The notes under the pieces are model-generated. The model worked only from the letters and a program-made list of their open reading frames with translations, was not told where the DNA came from and did no database searches. Of a stretch of DNA of 64,000 bases, positions 39,001-49,060 are shown in pieces. Positions within the stretch are counted from its first letter, which is position 1, and each line of letters starts with the position of its first letter. The translations under genes and the position numbers were made by a program. The DNA comes from a virus: IMG/VR virus record IMGVR_UViG_3300008954_000020, positions 38,579 through 102,578 of that record; one strand, 5' to 3'.

Positions 39001-41665
39001 AATCTATACGACCCATGTAATGTTGATAATCTACTTCAATGGCATTTAAGTCATCACTTGTGCTGTGATAGGGAACAAAGACTGTATTGAAGTTTGTCGA
39101 ATCAGCAACATTTTCTCTTGCAGGTCGGAAGTCTAAACAATCTCGTAAAGAAACCATACCAAGTGCTCTTGTCCAAACTGCGGGTATGGTTTCGTAATCA
39201 GGATATGAATCGGCCGTAAATGGCCCAAATCCTCCACCACTGTTGTTGCCGGAACTGTGGGAGTAATAATCAAAATTCACTGTAACCTGTCCACCTGATG
39301 TCAATCCAGCAGAATTCATTGCAACCAAAGTAGCATGGTCGTAGAAACTTGGTTTGTTTCCCAAGTCGATGAAGAATTTATCTGTTATGTCTGTATCGTT
39401 AGGCCCTGAGATACCATTAATTTTGTAGATATCACTGTATGGTATTTTGCCTTCTACTAGTCCGTTTGAATTTACTGTGGCCATCGTGACAGTTGCTGAG
39501 GCGCCTTCAACCTTTGTCTTCGTTCTTCGAATGATATGACTATCAGAACCAGAATCATTAATCACCACATTTGCAAATACCTTAACATTTTTGTTTTGCC
39601 ATGCCGACCCCACCTTAAATTTTAAGTTTGTTCGGCCTACTCCAGTGTCATCAGTATTGTCATAGAAGTAAACTTCATTTGTGCCCGGCGAAGCAGATTC
39701 GGTAGGAGTTAAGAACATGCCATCGGCGGCATTTATACCATAAACTTGAACAGAGTTCACAGAAATCGCTTCACTTCCTGAAGTGAGTGGAAATTGTACT
39801 CTGGTACTGTTAGGTGCTATCGACTCGTTTATATCACTTGTAGATATTTCACCAATGTATGAAGAGTTAGTAGTAGCATTAATACAGACCCGTGCAGTAT
39901 AGTCCAATCCTGTAACAGTTTTTAAACCATTGTTAGCTATCTCAAATACATTTCCCGTAAATCTGGATTCGAAACCAGTGGTTTGATATGAATTGGTTGC
40001 ATCTTTACCATGTGTGGGGGAAATTGTCATATATTTGTCACCCGCAACATTATCGTGAACAAAACCATCGATTCGTGTATTTGCAGAGGCACCATGAATA
40101 GTGTTTGTAAGATAGAATGGGTATCGAACACCACCACAAACGCCCATTTCAATATCGGCAAGGAATACCGAAGCATAGTCCGTTCCACTAGAAATTAGAG
40201 TTTGAATTCGTCCTTTACCAATAACACCACCAGAGTTTCCTACAGCACCAGCCGTTGTTCCGTCAAGAGCCAACCCAGTTGGGCCGACAAAATAGACTTC
40301 ATCCATATTGTCAAAATCAGTTGTGGTTGTTCCTAATGTAATTCCGCCAGCACTGTTCGTAACTTTAACATGAAGACCCAAGTTAGTAATAACATTTTCA
40401 CCAGATACAGTGCCAGTGGCAGTAGAACCTCTGGTTTTATCTGCGGAAATTAAAGTTTCGCCGAATGTATTGTATTCAAATCCTTCAACATATGCTTTAC
40501 CTCGACCAAGTTTCAGAACAAACTTTCCTGTTTCACCACCCTGATCGGCCGTGAACATACCATCCCTATGATTATCATCGGCCGAATTTCTTAAATGTTC
40601 TCGTAGTTCCAAATTAAATCCAGATACAACATAGTTTCCAGATTCATCATAAGTTCGTTGTGCAAGATAATCATCAACTCCAGAATATCCTGTTCGAATT
40701 AATTTGTTTTGAATATTTCCATTATGTAATCGTACAAGTTCGAAATAATTTGCTTCCGAAACAAGGGAATTATCAACTTCTGTAGAGTCGCCCGTACCAT
40801 ATACTGTAAAATCTCGTTGTCCGAGAGTCAGAGACATCTTATATCGGTCAGCGCCAGGAGCTGTAAAGTTTGATGTGCCTTCCGAACCATCTAATAATGA
40901 ACTATCGCTAGTATAATCAACAACACTATGACCTATTTCAAATCCAACACTTTTTGTAGATTCGTCTTCGTATAATCTAACCGTTCTTGTTACTGGCCCA
41001 ACAACGATATCGTGTGTATCATATGGAATATAATTTTGTTTGTCAGTCTTTACAAAGAACTTATCAACATAGAAAAGGCCTTCATCAACCGTTACTACAT
41101 TTCCCTTACCTGTGAGACTATATCCTGTGATGCCAGTTTCTTCGGTTGATAAAGCGGTAGGAATTGTTAGGTTTGTTGAATTAGCAACATCGCTTTCCGC
41201 ACTTAAAGATCGGAATACATCACCTACTCCAAATGTAGCCCCCGACATTTCATTGAGGAAGAAGATATCATAGGGATCATCGGCCGTGGAAGGAACAACA
41301 GCAACAACTCTTGCTTTTTTATATCCATCACTGTTACCATTGGTAATTAAATCTGCATAATCTGTTCCTGTCGAACCATAAATATTTTCACCAAGAAATA
41401 CAGTTGGGTCAACTCCTTCAATGGGGGTTGTTCGAACAAAAGAATTAAGAGATACACCAATATCTCCACCTAAGATGACAGTCTTTTCTTCAAACATATG
41501 GTTTCCGAATTTACCAATTTGGTCTTGAAGAAGTGTTTGTAATTGTGTTAATTCTCTACCCTGAACAGCACGGCCCGGCCTAAAAAGAAGACGAAGAAAA
41601 CCTTTAGCGTCATCGAAGTCATCATAATATGGGGAAATATTTGTTGTAGGATTATTATATGTCAT
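36080..41665 (-). CDS. VrlC-like (DUF4815) large baseplate-associated structural protein
   Basis: SPYYDDFD, LFRPGRAVQGRELTQLQ, APGADR, RTYDESGNY, NKRYTMRDIG, FKNGILVD, DPVAQS, FFKSQNASTW. Confidence 0.9.
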   Translation of the reverse strand: MTYNNPTTNISPYYDDFDDAKGFLRLLFRPGRAVQGRELTQLQTLLQDQIGKFGNHMFEEKTVILGGDIGVSLNSFVRTTPIEGVDPTVFLGENIYGSTGTDYADLITNGNSDGYKKARVVAVVPSTADDPYDIFFLNEMSGATFGVGDVFRSLSAESDVANSTNLTIPTALSTEETGITGYSLTGKGNVVTVDEGLFYVDKFFVKTDKQNYIPYDTHDIVVGPVTRTVRLYEDESTKSVGFEIGHSVVDYTSDSSLLDGSEGTSNFTAPGADRYKMSLTLGQRDFTVYGTGDSTEVDNSLVSEANYFELVRLHNGNIQNKLIRTGYSGVDDYLAQRTYDESGNYVVSGFNLELREHLRNSADDNHRDGMFTADQGGETGKFVLKLGRGKAYVEGFEYNTFGETLISADKTRGSTATGTVSGENVITNLGLHVKVTNSAGGITLGTTTTDFDNMDEVYFVGPTGLALDGTTAGAVGNSGGVIGKGRIQTLISSGTDYASVFLADIEMGVCGGVRYPFYLTNTIHGASANTRIDGFVHDNVAGDKYMTISPTHGKDATNSYQTTGFESRFTGNVFEIANNGLKTVTGLDYTARVCINATTNSSYIGEISTSDINESIAPNSTRVQFPLTSGSEAISVNSVQVYGINAADGMFLTPTESASPGTNEVYFYDNTDDTGVGRTNLKFKVGSAWQNKNVKVFANVVINDSGSDSHIIRRTKTKVEGASATVTMATVNSNGLVEGKIPYSDIYKINGISGPNDTDITDKFFIDLGNKPSFYDHATLVAMNSAGLTSGGQVTVNFDYYSHSSGNNSGGGFGPFTADSYPDYETIPAVWTRALGMVSLRDCLDFRPARENVADSTNFNTVFVPYHSTSDDLNAIEVDYQHYMGRIDFLYLRNDKVLKLVQGTPSVRRRRPESVTDGMLLATISIPPYVYHINDIRVNIEDNKRYTMRDIGKIKSKVDRMEYYTALSLMEQSAENSMIVDANGLPRFKNGILVDPFTGHNIGDATNPDYNILIDDMMNAAYCPQASDNVDLVQKGSIEGLVLTDDDCYVLSSSRVHLIEQVVRSAKISVNPYNVVSFTGDIKLRPETDTWTDTTRLPAQALSQTIDARVQGLANITDQLGTVVAGTNLTVAGVAGSLNQAAGAARAARAAVLNNNRGNWWGRNWWTEQQTTTAEIAARQAALNEFNLPSGSVQVQERRTSNRTMDGMASVRTQRFQTTESTTNTTMNLGDRVVETSNIPFMRAKNIRITATGLRPNTRVYPFFDGQAVTEYCTLASYGSGRASILTEALGGDITGDLGGALTTDGNGKIGLHFDLPAGDFRTGGRQFKLTDHEGNSAQLESTFADAEYTATGLLQVVQATSVTTSVRRSRVQRTDAGWQEVGNTTRRWIDPVAQSIMISADEYPNGVFAKSVDLFFAQIDESLPVSVEIRPMVNGYPSSGEHIPMSKVVLDPVDCVAKTDWTASGTDKTRFNFSTPVYLTPGEYCIVVISNSDKYEVWYSTMGEYKLNSDGTLGSTKITAQPYTGSFFKSQNASTWTADQNSDMCFRFSICDFTPSGLEGSLDLSADLGTLEEVATNHFHTIEGGEGSGTYRHQRFHELQPNFTQMSPGDTSISHSTLVQTVAQFGSNVHQTIPSREGGISLMDERKSVILSSGSGTGQGADSSSGQQSLIHKIKFTGSQFLSPVIDAERMGISVTEYLIDNNKNLDVVYDQQLINGVTANAGVSAAASGNYNGEYEPNSWGDNAPLVRYITSPVVLEEGINALGLSVFLTQDVPVGTDIHVFARTLEEQSETSIRREKWVRILPTATPPKGTGFREIEYKLAQESEFGQFQVKFVMYQTKAGLGNQYPMVKDLRAIAVT

Positions 41666-41675
41666 TTAATTCCTC

Positions 41676-43751
41676 TCAAAAACCTATTTGGATTTTGATT
41701 TCTTCTTCTTGTTGAGCAGTCCGTGAAACGGGTTGCATATTCTGTATATATAACACTTCGCCCGAGTCATAATTTAAATCTGGGCCAGTAATTCCAGTAA
41801 CATATCCCATTGTTGAACCCGCTGAACTGTAAATATAATCACCAGCGGTTAATACCCCAAGATAGTCAATTCCGTTCACCAATCCTGTTCCTGCAATTCC
41901 CGTAGTACCCAACGACCAATTCAATGTACGGAAACTTGCACCACTTATTCCGCTGGTGTAATTAGAGTACACATCATCTGGTGTAAAACTAGAACTATCA
42001 TATTCTATACCGCCTGTGGCCGTAACATAAACCCTTGCAGTTTGATTGAAAAATGAAATTGCAGACGATGATTGTGTTATAGAATCAAATCTTCCTTCGT
42101 TTGCACCACTAGCACCAAAGGTTAATGTTTGTTCGGCCGAAGATGCTGTGTTGCCTGTTATGATTTCAATCCAAGATAACTTTTCATTAAGCAAAAAATC
42201 ACCAGAAGGTTGTTCTACCGTGAGTGTCCCAGTAACAACCGTTGATGGTGACCAAGAGACAACTTTGGCCAAAGTTTGGGATACAGCACCCATTATGTGT
42301 GTGTTGACATAATCATTGGGTTGATTGAATTCGGTTCCATCAAAATCAGTTCCAGTTATTTGATTAACTTTGATTTCATATTGGTCGGAAATATGTTTAC
42401 CAGCAACTAAATTAGAATATAGTGCATTGTTATAATCCGCACTCAGTGTTGGATTTTTAATAATTCCAAATTGTCTAAACTCATTTCCTGCTGATAATCC
42501 CAATGCATCAAATTCCGATGTTTTAAGACTAGTTAAAATTATGATGGTGTTTGCACCAAGTTCTGTTCTTGGGTCTGCACCATGGCCACCGGCCGGCGAA
42601 GAAACAAAATTAAAAGTTGCTTCACCGAGTAACAATTCTTCAGCATTTCCTCGGTGTTGATCTACCGTGCTGGTTCCATCACTATATGGGCCAGTTACGC
42701 CGGGATATACAGAATAATTAACGGTTGTATATCCCGAACCGGCATTAATAACCTCAGCTCCATCTATTCGTTTGTTTGCATCTAGTGTAGGAACGACAAG
42801 TAATCCAGTTCCGTCACCAAATGTAGTAATACTTGGAACGATTTGTGCTTCGCTGATTGCATTGACATCGTTATCTGTTGTTGAGTCTGGTTGAAGTGTC
42901 CAAGCAGTATCAACAAAAAAAGTTGCACCCGTATTTCCTGTAATCTTTCGAACTTGACCCTCACCATAACCTTCTACAATTTTTACGGTATAATCTGTAT
43001 AAATATTTTCTTGTGAAGTTGGTAGGCCAGGAATTTGTATAGCAGTTATACCAGCAGCGCCCGAATATCCAGATGGAAGGGTTCCAACTGGCATTCCAGC
43101 ACCCGTTGATCCTAGTGGGAACGCTGCTCCGTTGTTTGACGCATTAACGACATCAAAAGACCCATTAACGGCAGCATCTTGAACAGCATATTGGTCAACC
43201 ATATTTTGTGTTACATCAGTTGATGCTGCAAATTTTACTGGAATTTTATATGGTGTTTCAAAACTCAAGTCAGATTCGGCAACAGAGAACATATATTTCC
43301 ATGAATATCCATCAGGAGTTGATATAGGAATGGTTTTTCTTCCTGTTGGCATATTGACAGAAGCGGTTGCTCCGTTGTTTGACAAACACTTATAGATGTT
43401 ATTTTCTGGAGTTGTGACAAAGAAGTTACTACTTCCTTGTGGAAGTGATTCATCCCACAAATCTACATTGTCTGTGTATTCGGTATATACTTGACCCGTT
43501 ATCCACGGGAATTTATTTACAACTAAATTTACATCTTGTTCGGTAATTCGCTTTAAAAAGAAAGAGTTTCTAAATGCGTACAATTCGTCTTCTACGGCAT
43601 CCACTGAGTTTGGTGGTTGAGATTCACTCGGCCAGGAATTTATTTTACCAACAAATAAATAGTAAGTATCTTCAGAGTTTAAACTATACTCTTTAAGAAT
43701 CTCTTGTGCAATATCTGCTTTATAATTTTGTTTGAAGATTGCTAATGCCAT
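41676..43751 (-). CDS. gp8: Baseplate wedge subunit
   Basis: YYLFVGK, YKCLSN, DGYSWKYMF, GHGADP, FRQFGIIKNP, SGEVLYIQN. Confidence 0.9.
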   Translation of the reverse strand: MALAIFKQNYKADIAQEILKEYSLNSEDTYYLFVGKINSWPSESQPPNSVDAVEDELYAFRNSFFLKRITEQDVNLVVNKFPWITGQVYTEYTDNVDLWDESLPQGSSNFFVTTPENNIYKCLSNNGATASVNMPTGRKTIPISTPDGYSWKYMFSVAESDLSFETPYKIPVKFAASTDVTQNMVDQYAVQDAAVNGSFDVVNASNNGAAFPLGSTGAGMPVGTLPSGYSGAAGITAIQIPGLPTSQENIYTDYTVKIVEGYGEGQVRKITGNTGATFFVDTAWTLQPDSTTDNDVNAISEAQIVPSITTFGDGTGLLVVPTLDANKRIDGAEVINAGSGYTTVNYSVYPGVTGPYSDGTSTVDQHRGNAEELLLGEATFNFVSSPAGGHGADPRTELGANTIIILTSLKTSEFDALGLSAGNEFRQFGIIKNPTLSADYNNALYSNLVAGKHISDQYEIKVNQITGTDFDGTEFNQPNDYVNTHIMGAVSQTLAKVVSWSPSTVVTGTLTVEQPSGDFLLNEKLSWIEIITGNTASSAEQTLTFGASGANEGRFDSITQSSSAISFFNQTARVYVTATGGIEYDSSSFTPDDVYSNYTSGISGASFRTLNWSLGTTGIAGTGLVNGIDYLGVLTAGDYIYSSAGSTMGYVTGITGPDLNYDSGEVLYIQNMQPVSRTAQQEEEIKIQIGF

Positions 43752-45743
43752 TTAGTTACCTGTGTTCCCTGCTGTACTGCCTGATAGTGCGACATATGGG
43801 TGATTCAAAGAAACAGCAACAGAAACGCTGCCTCCGAGTGTGAATTCCCTGACCCCGCCTGCTTCAGAGTTCATCGTTAATATATCTATGCTTCCAAAAG
43901 TCGCACCGTCTGGAATTTCACCACCAATTCGTAGATTTGGATGATTGTAAATAACCCAATGGTTTCGACCATACTCTGACCCCAGTATTTCGGGGGTGTG
44001 TTCATAGGGAGAATCGTTTGTACTACTAGAACCACCCAACGAAGAAGCCGAAGCACCCGAATTGCTATGAATTAAACTACCACTTTCTGATACAGTTCCA
44101 TTTCCTCGTCTTGTTCTATAAATCGATGCCGTATATCCTTCGGCAGAACCGTGTATGGTATCACCATCTGAAAAAGTTAATCCGCCCGAAAAGTTCATCA
44201 GTCGGAGATAACCTGTCATCCCTGTTCCACCAAATTCTCTTGGAGCTCCAAATGTTCCACCAAGGATGTTTGGAATGACAGACCAATTAAACACCTCTGC
44301 GGTTTTTCCTCCTGATGATGTTACGCCTTCTTCATATGAAAATTCAGTTCCATTAAATCCAGCAGCAGTGTTGCTTGTTACTACAATTAATCCGCCAGTA
44401 TCTCCCATGCAATGATCGGTTAATTCTGACCTTGGGTTATATCCATAGGGGTATAATCCATCGACAGACCCACCCTCAAAGTCAGGTAAAGCATTAAATC
44501 CCAAATTGGCAGATGTTAAAAAGGTATATGGCGTATAGTGTCCAATAAAAGGAATAACCTTGCCTGTCATCCTTGCAGAGAACGGCAAATCAGATTGTAA
44601 TTCTCTGCGAATCTGAACTTGTGCAAACAAATTCATTCCTGATGGGTGAATTGTCTTCTTTACTAATTCTTTAAATCTATCAAGAACCAAATCGGATTTT
44701 ATAACATATGAATAGTTTTGATAATACCAAGAGTCTTGAATCTTTTTTCCAGAACTTAACCAACCACCCTCGTTTAACCATCGACCATCACTTTGGTAGT
44801 ATGGGCCAGTTATAGCAGTTATTTCGGCACCACCAGATACACCCAATCCTCGCCGAGTAATAGTAACATCTGGTGTGCTTGTATAATTGGTTCCGTTATC
44901 GGTTATATTGAAGCTCAACAATGATCCATTTGCATCAACTCCCGACACATATCCCTTTGCGCCTGCACCAAGACCACCTCCAGAAAAATTCAATTGATCA
45001 CCAAGAACATAACCCGAACCAGCGTCTTGTATAGTCACACCAGTAACCGTACTCAACACTCTTTCAGTTATTATTTCGCCCGTAGGTAACAAAATGTTTA
45101 TCTTACCACCAACTACAAATTTATTTGAATCGTAAACATTTTCTAATTTAAATTCTGTAACAGTGAGAGATAGCCCCTCACCAGAATATTGCACTATATC
45201 AGATATAATGCCGTGGGCCTCAATCACACCTGTCGTGGGATGTACCTGCGAAAATTTCAACCCCATTGTATTGGATAGTTTGCTTTTGTTTTTACTTGTA
45301 ACTTTTATTACGAAATCTTTTTGCCATGTACCTCCTGAAACAATCAACATATCTTCCTTTGGCATATACAATTCAGCAGATGTATTGTAAAACAGTTGGA
45401 ACAATAAATTGAAACTCTTTTCACTACCTCTTGCGGCATAAAAGTCTTTTATGTTTTTTATTAGATTATCTTCACTTACCTTTTTTCCTGTGTCTGGATT
45501 AACAGCCAGTTCAAGTGGAAAATTCTTTAAATACATGTCTTTAAAATTAGAAACAAAAGATTCTAGTGTGTCATCAATATCAGCATAATCCATGAGTTTT
45601 GCTGAACCATATGTGGCATTAGGGTCTTGTTCCATAAATTCATAATACGCTTCTAGAAACGATCTAAACATAGGATGGTCAGCCCTGACAAAATCAGGTA
45701 ACTGAGAATCTATATGTGAAGAAATGTATCTTTGGTCAACCAT
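43752..45743 (-). CDS. gp7: Baseplate wedge initiator
   Basis: QLPDFVR, FLEAYYEF, LIKNIKDFYAARGSEKS, IQDSWYYQNYSYVIKS, HPSGM. Confidence 0.85.
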   Translation of the reverse strand: MVDQRYISSHIDSQLPDFVRADHPMFRSFLEAYYEFMEQDPNATYGSAKLMDYADIDDTLESFVSNFKDMYLKNFPLELAVNPDTGKKVSEDNLIKNIKDFYAARGSEKSFNLLFQLFYNTSAELYMPKEDMLIVSGGTWQKDFVIKVTSKNKSKLSNTMGLKFSQVHPTTGVIEAHGIISDIVQYSGEGLSLTVTEFKLENVYDSNKFVVGGKINILLPTGEIITERVLSTVTGVTIQDAGSGYVLGDQLNFSGGGLGAGAKGYVSGVDANGSLLSFNITDNGTNYTSTPDVTITRRGLGVSGGAEITAITGPYYQSDGRWLNEGGWLSSGKKIQDSWYYQNYSYVIKSDLVLDRFKELVKKTIHPSGMNLFAQVQIRRELQSDLPFSARMTGKVIPFIGHYTPYTFLTSANLGFNALPDFEGGSVDGLYPYGYNPRSELTDHCMGDTGGLIVVTSNTAAGFNGTEFSYEEGVTSSGGKTAEVFNWSVIPNILGGTFGAPREFGGTGMTGYLRLMNFSGGLTFSDGDTIHGSAEGYTASIYRTRRGNGTVSESGSLIHSNSGASASSLGGSSSTNDSPYEHTPEILGSEYGRNHWVIYNHPNLRIGGEIPDGATFGSIDILTMNSEAGGVREFTLGGSVSVAVSLNHPYVALSGSTAGNTGN

Positions 45744-45747
45744 TTAT

Positions 45748-47673
45748 TCAATACCCACTGGAACTGCTACTACTAGATGAGCTACTGCTACTAGTAGATG
45801 AAGTAGAAGTATATGATTGTGGAGTTGAACCCACCACACCACCAACAGAACCTTCATATGATGTTTCTTGTGTGACTGTTACACTGACTGATGTTGTATA
45901 TTTGTCGATTAAAAGGATTTGATTTCTATCACCACGAATATTATTAGATTGGGGTATTGAATAAATCTTAATATAGGTTTCAAGGTTTGAAGAGCCGGGC
46001 GTGAAGGCACTCAATACTAATTCACCAGTTTCATAATTGATTGTTCCTTGTTTGTCAACAATTGTTTTAACTACATCAGATGTGTTTAGATAAACAGTAG
46101 AGACTTTCCCACGACCATCATCCACTAAATATGCATTTGAATGAATAGTCCCGGCCGAATCGGTATATGAAAAGTTAGAACTGGAAATAATTGATTGATA
46201 CCCATCATAGGGATGTAGTAATGCATTTCCAAATTTTACGGTGTATGGATTTGTTGAACCCATAATAGGAGTTAATCGTTTCTCTAGTTTAATAGTTGTA
46301 TCAGATTTTGTAATAGAAACATTAGATTCTTCGATAAGTTCTAATAATGTTTTAAATCTTAGGTGGCGTTCGAACTTTTCTAATTGAGTGTCTCCGTAAT
46401 CCAAAACCAAAGAAACAACAGATTGTGCCATACTTTCTGGTGAAGATTCAGTCTGGTCTGGGTCATACTTTATATCCGAAGTAATGTTCAAGTAAACATA
46501 ATCGGGGTCAACCAATTCGGGCAGAATTCCTGCCATTGCTTGATTTCTTTTAAGTTCGTTCTGAATAGAAAGTTTTTGTCCGCTAGTCAATAGAGTGCCA
46601 GAAAGGGGTTTTACGGATATAAACACTTTACCATATACAGGTGGGTCGTTATCTTCCCCTCCCCAAACATAAACAGATTCAATATCTGAAAACTGAGAAG
46701 TCATAATAGTTTTATAATCTTCAATCGTTACTGCTCTGTTTTGTGATTGGAAGAATCTGGGAGCCATAAATTTAATAGAATCTATAGATTCTGGTGTATC
46801 TCCTCCCATTGATGCCATATCAACGGCAGTATCATAACTGGGTTGGTTTACATAAGTAAAAGAACGGGATGAGGCACTGTCTGCGTTCCCAATTCCATTT
46901 GCAATAGAACCATTGGTTGAGATATATGAAACGGTAATAAGATTTCCATCGACAACATCTTTACCAAGAATACCATCTCCAAAGTATACTTCAAATTGAC
47001 CATTTTCTACTTCTTGTAGAAAATAAACTCTTGAATTGGAAGACAGTACATTAAAATCTGTGGACAACAACCACGGTTTATTGACACCAGTTTGGTCTGT
47101 TGTAGAAGTTTGAACACGAACTACAATTGTACTTGTGTCAACCGTATTACTTGGAATTATAAATTTCTGGTCGAGGTCAGAAGTATTAACAATAAACGAA
47201 GAACTGGATTGTAACCCTTCTTTAATAGTTACACCCTTTGCTATCCAACCGCCCAGCCCGTCTTCGATATACTTTACATTGTTTGTTGAAGTAAAGTAAT
47301 AAGGGATACTGTCTTTTTTTGTACTGAATACGGTTCCATCTTCTAATGTGCCGGGATCATTCGCACCAGCAGGGGTCGAAACATTAACAGTTGCTGTTGC
47401 TGCTCGAATAGAACGGGGTGTATAGGATAAATGTTTTGCAAGAGATACAACCGAATCTCGTAGAACAGCGCTATCGAGGAACATCTCGTTTGAAACCATA
47501 TTTGCATAGAATGATTGATAGTGTGTATTATATGCAAGAATGTCTAACAGCATGTTAATGCCAGCACCCTCAAAATCATAGTCGGTGAACTGACTTTGAC
47601 TAGAAAGATAATTCTTTATGTTGTTCTTGATTTGGTCAAAATCGAGTTCGGTTATTCTTTTTGGTGTTGCCAT
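45748..47673 (-). CDS. gp6: Baseplate wedge subunit
   Basis: LDFDQIK, FTDYDFEG, LLDILAYNTHY, QNRAVT, WGGEDN, YGKVFISVKP; poly-Ser C-tail ending GY. Confidence 0.95.
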   Translation of the reverse strand: MATPKRITELDFDQIKNNIKNYLSSQSQFTDYDFEGAGINMLLDILAYNTHYQSFYANMVSNEMFLDSAVLRDSVVSLAKHLSYTPRSIRAATATVNVSTPAGANDPGTLEDGTVFSTKKDSIPYYFTSTNNVKYIEDGLGGWIAKGVTIKEGLQSSSSFIVNTSDLDQKFIIPSNTVDTSTIVVRVQTSTTDQTGVNKPWLLSTDFNVLSSNSRVYFLQEVENGQFEVYFGDGILGKDVVDGNLITVSYISTNGSIANGIGNADSASSRSFTYVNQPSYDTAVDMASMGGDTPESIDSIKFMAPRFFQSQNRAVTIEDYKTIMTSQFSDIESVYVWGGEDNDPPVYGKVFISVKPLSGTLLTSGQKLSIQNELKRNQAMAGILPELVDPDYVYLNITSDIKYDPDQTESSPESMAQSVVSLVLDYGDTQLEKFERHLRFKTLLELIEESNVSITKSDTTIKLEKRLTPIMGSTNPYTVKFGNALLHPYDGYQSIISSSNFSYTDSAGTIHSNAYLVDDGRGKVSTVYLNTSDVVKTIVDKQGTINYETGELVLSAFTPGSSNLETYIKIYSIPQSNNIRGDRNQILLIDKYTTSVSVTVTQETSYEGSVGGVVGSTPQSYTSTSSTSSSSSSSSSSSSGY

Positions 47674-47675
47674 GT

Positions 47676-48062
47676 TTATCTCAACCTTTCAAGACTGAAC
47701 GAAAGTTCTTCTACTCTGTCTTCATTTATTACTCGGAAAACTATAGTAACAGCGAAGGCATTATTATCTATATCGTTTGAAACAGATATATCCAATAGTT
47801 GTGCTCGTGATTCAAAGTTTTCTATTACTTCTTTTATAGCATGTTTTAATCGAATGGCCGTCAACGGTGTGGCCAATTCAAACAACAAATCTCTAACATC
47901 GGAACCAATTTCAGGATGAAATGGTTTTTCGTATGTGTTCAACAAAACAAGATTTCTAACCGATCGTTTTACTGCTCCATCATTTGTTGTTGTGACAATA
48001 TCTTTTGTGACGGGGTGTGGTTTAAAATCTAAATCTAAGTCTCTATATCTTGGGTTAGCCAT
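47676..48062 (-). CDS. gp25: Baseplate wedge / sheath initiator
   Basis: YRDLDLDF, AVKRSVRNLV, EKPFHPEIGS, LLFE. Confidence 0.93.
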   Translation of the reverse strand: MANPRYRDLDLDFKPHPVTKDIVTTTNDGAVKRSVRNLVLLNTYEKPFHPEIGSDVRDLLFELATPLTAIRLKHAIKEVIENFESRAQLLDISVSNDIDNNAFAVTIVFRVINEDRVEELSFSLERLR

Positions 48063-48762
48063 TATACAGTTTCCCCTTATTTTCTTGATCTAGTTGTACT
48101 TCTATTAATTGTCTGGCCTTTTCTAAATCCAATGACATATCTTCTTCATCTATATTATCAACTTTAGATAAACTACACCATTGACACATCACATAACCAA
48201 TAATATCATTGTGTTTTCTGAGAGGGAGAAACGAAAAGGATATTACATTGCTGTTCTGTAATAATTGTTTACACCAAGAATCGTCTAATGTATCTGTAAT
48301 GTACAAAGCGGGTGTATCTTTTGTTAATAGGGTCAGTCCATCAATACACATAGAAAGTAGTAGGTCTTTCTTTATACTCATTTCTGAGGATATACCATTT
48401 CTTAGAGATTCGTGTGTAAGAGATAATTTCTTCATAGAAATTCCGTCTAAGAATTCTCCGCTATTATGAAATTGAACTAATTGTACTCTTGCACAATCAC
48501 TCTTTACTCGTAATTCGGTGAGAGTTTCATTTATTCTGGTGTGAGAATTCCAAAAAACTGATTCGGGGCCCAACCATCCTTTGTATTTTTTTCTACCAAA
48601 TTTTTTCTTTACCGACATGAATACAAACGCCGCTCCTACTGCTACAGCAGCCGCAACCATTCCGAATTCAACCCACGAACCAAAAATGTCCATGTACCAA
48701 ACTCGGTTGTCCATATCGGTCAACTGTTCTATGATAATTGGATCATCCACCTGCATAGACAT
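48055..48762 (-). CDS. Membrane-anchored GAF-like protein, possible T4 holin T analogue
   Basis: One hydrophobic helix (FGMVAAAVAVGAAFVFM) followed by basic residues, then LRVKSDCARVQLVQFHN...FLPL...IIGYVMCQW GAF-like pattern; true start may be downstream. Confidence 0.55.
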   Translation of the reverse strand: MSMQVDDPIIIEQLTDMDNRVWYMDIFGSWVEFGMVAAAVAVGAAFVFMSVKKKFGRKKYKGWLGPESVFWNSHTRINETLTELRVKSDCARVQLVQFHNSGEFLDGISMKKLSLTHESLRNGISSEMSIKKDLLLSMCIDGLTLLTKDTPALYITDTLDDSWCKQLLQNSNVISFSFLPLRKHNDIIGYVMCQWCSLSKVDNIDEEDMSLDLEKARQLIEVQLDQENKGKLYNG

Positions 48763-49030
48763 TTTTACTCCCCTGCGCTGCAGCAGACCCGCAAGAAACT
48801 GGGTCGCCTATTCTTCCTGCTTGTTTTCCATTTACATAAACTGTGCTCGAACCCGCACTCAAACTGCCTGCATGACATGGTGGAGGACAACAATGAGTTG
48901 CCCATCCATCACCCTGTCTGTGCCAACCAAGACCATTAACAATAACATCTCCCGACCAAGATGTATTGGGCCTTGGGGGCCAACATCCGTGTCCTGAACA
49001 TTTATCACCTTGTCTGTTTACTGCTGGCAT
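48743..49030 (-). CDS. gp5.4: PAAR spike tip protein
   Basis: RQGDKCSGH, VIVNG, GSSTVYVNGKQAGRIGD, CGS. Confidence 0.93.
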   Translation of the reverse strand: MPAVNRQGDKCSGHGCWPPRPNTSWSGDVIVNGLGWHRQGDGWATHCCPPPCHAGSLSAGSSTVYVNGKQAGRIGDPVSCGSAAAQGSKNVYAGG

Positions 49031-49051
49031 ATTTACTCCGATTTATACTTT

Positions 49052-49059
49052 TATGTATG
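49052..49059 (-). promoter_or_regulatory. Late promoter variant for the PAAR-gp25-wedge unit
   Basis: CATACATA upstream of GGAG RBS. Confidence 0.5.
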
Positions 49060-49060
49060 C

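Noticed and set aside
45755-45812. CTA/CTG microsatellite-like tract
   Set aside because: Encodes the poly-Ser-GY tail commonly seen on gp6 of marine T4-like phages; not an independent repeat element
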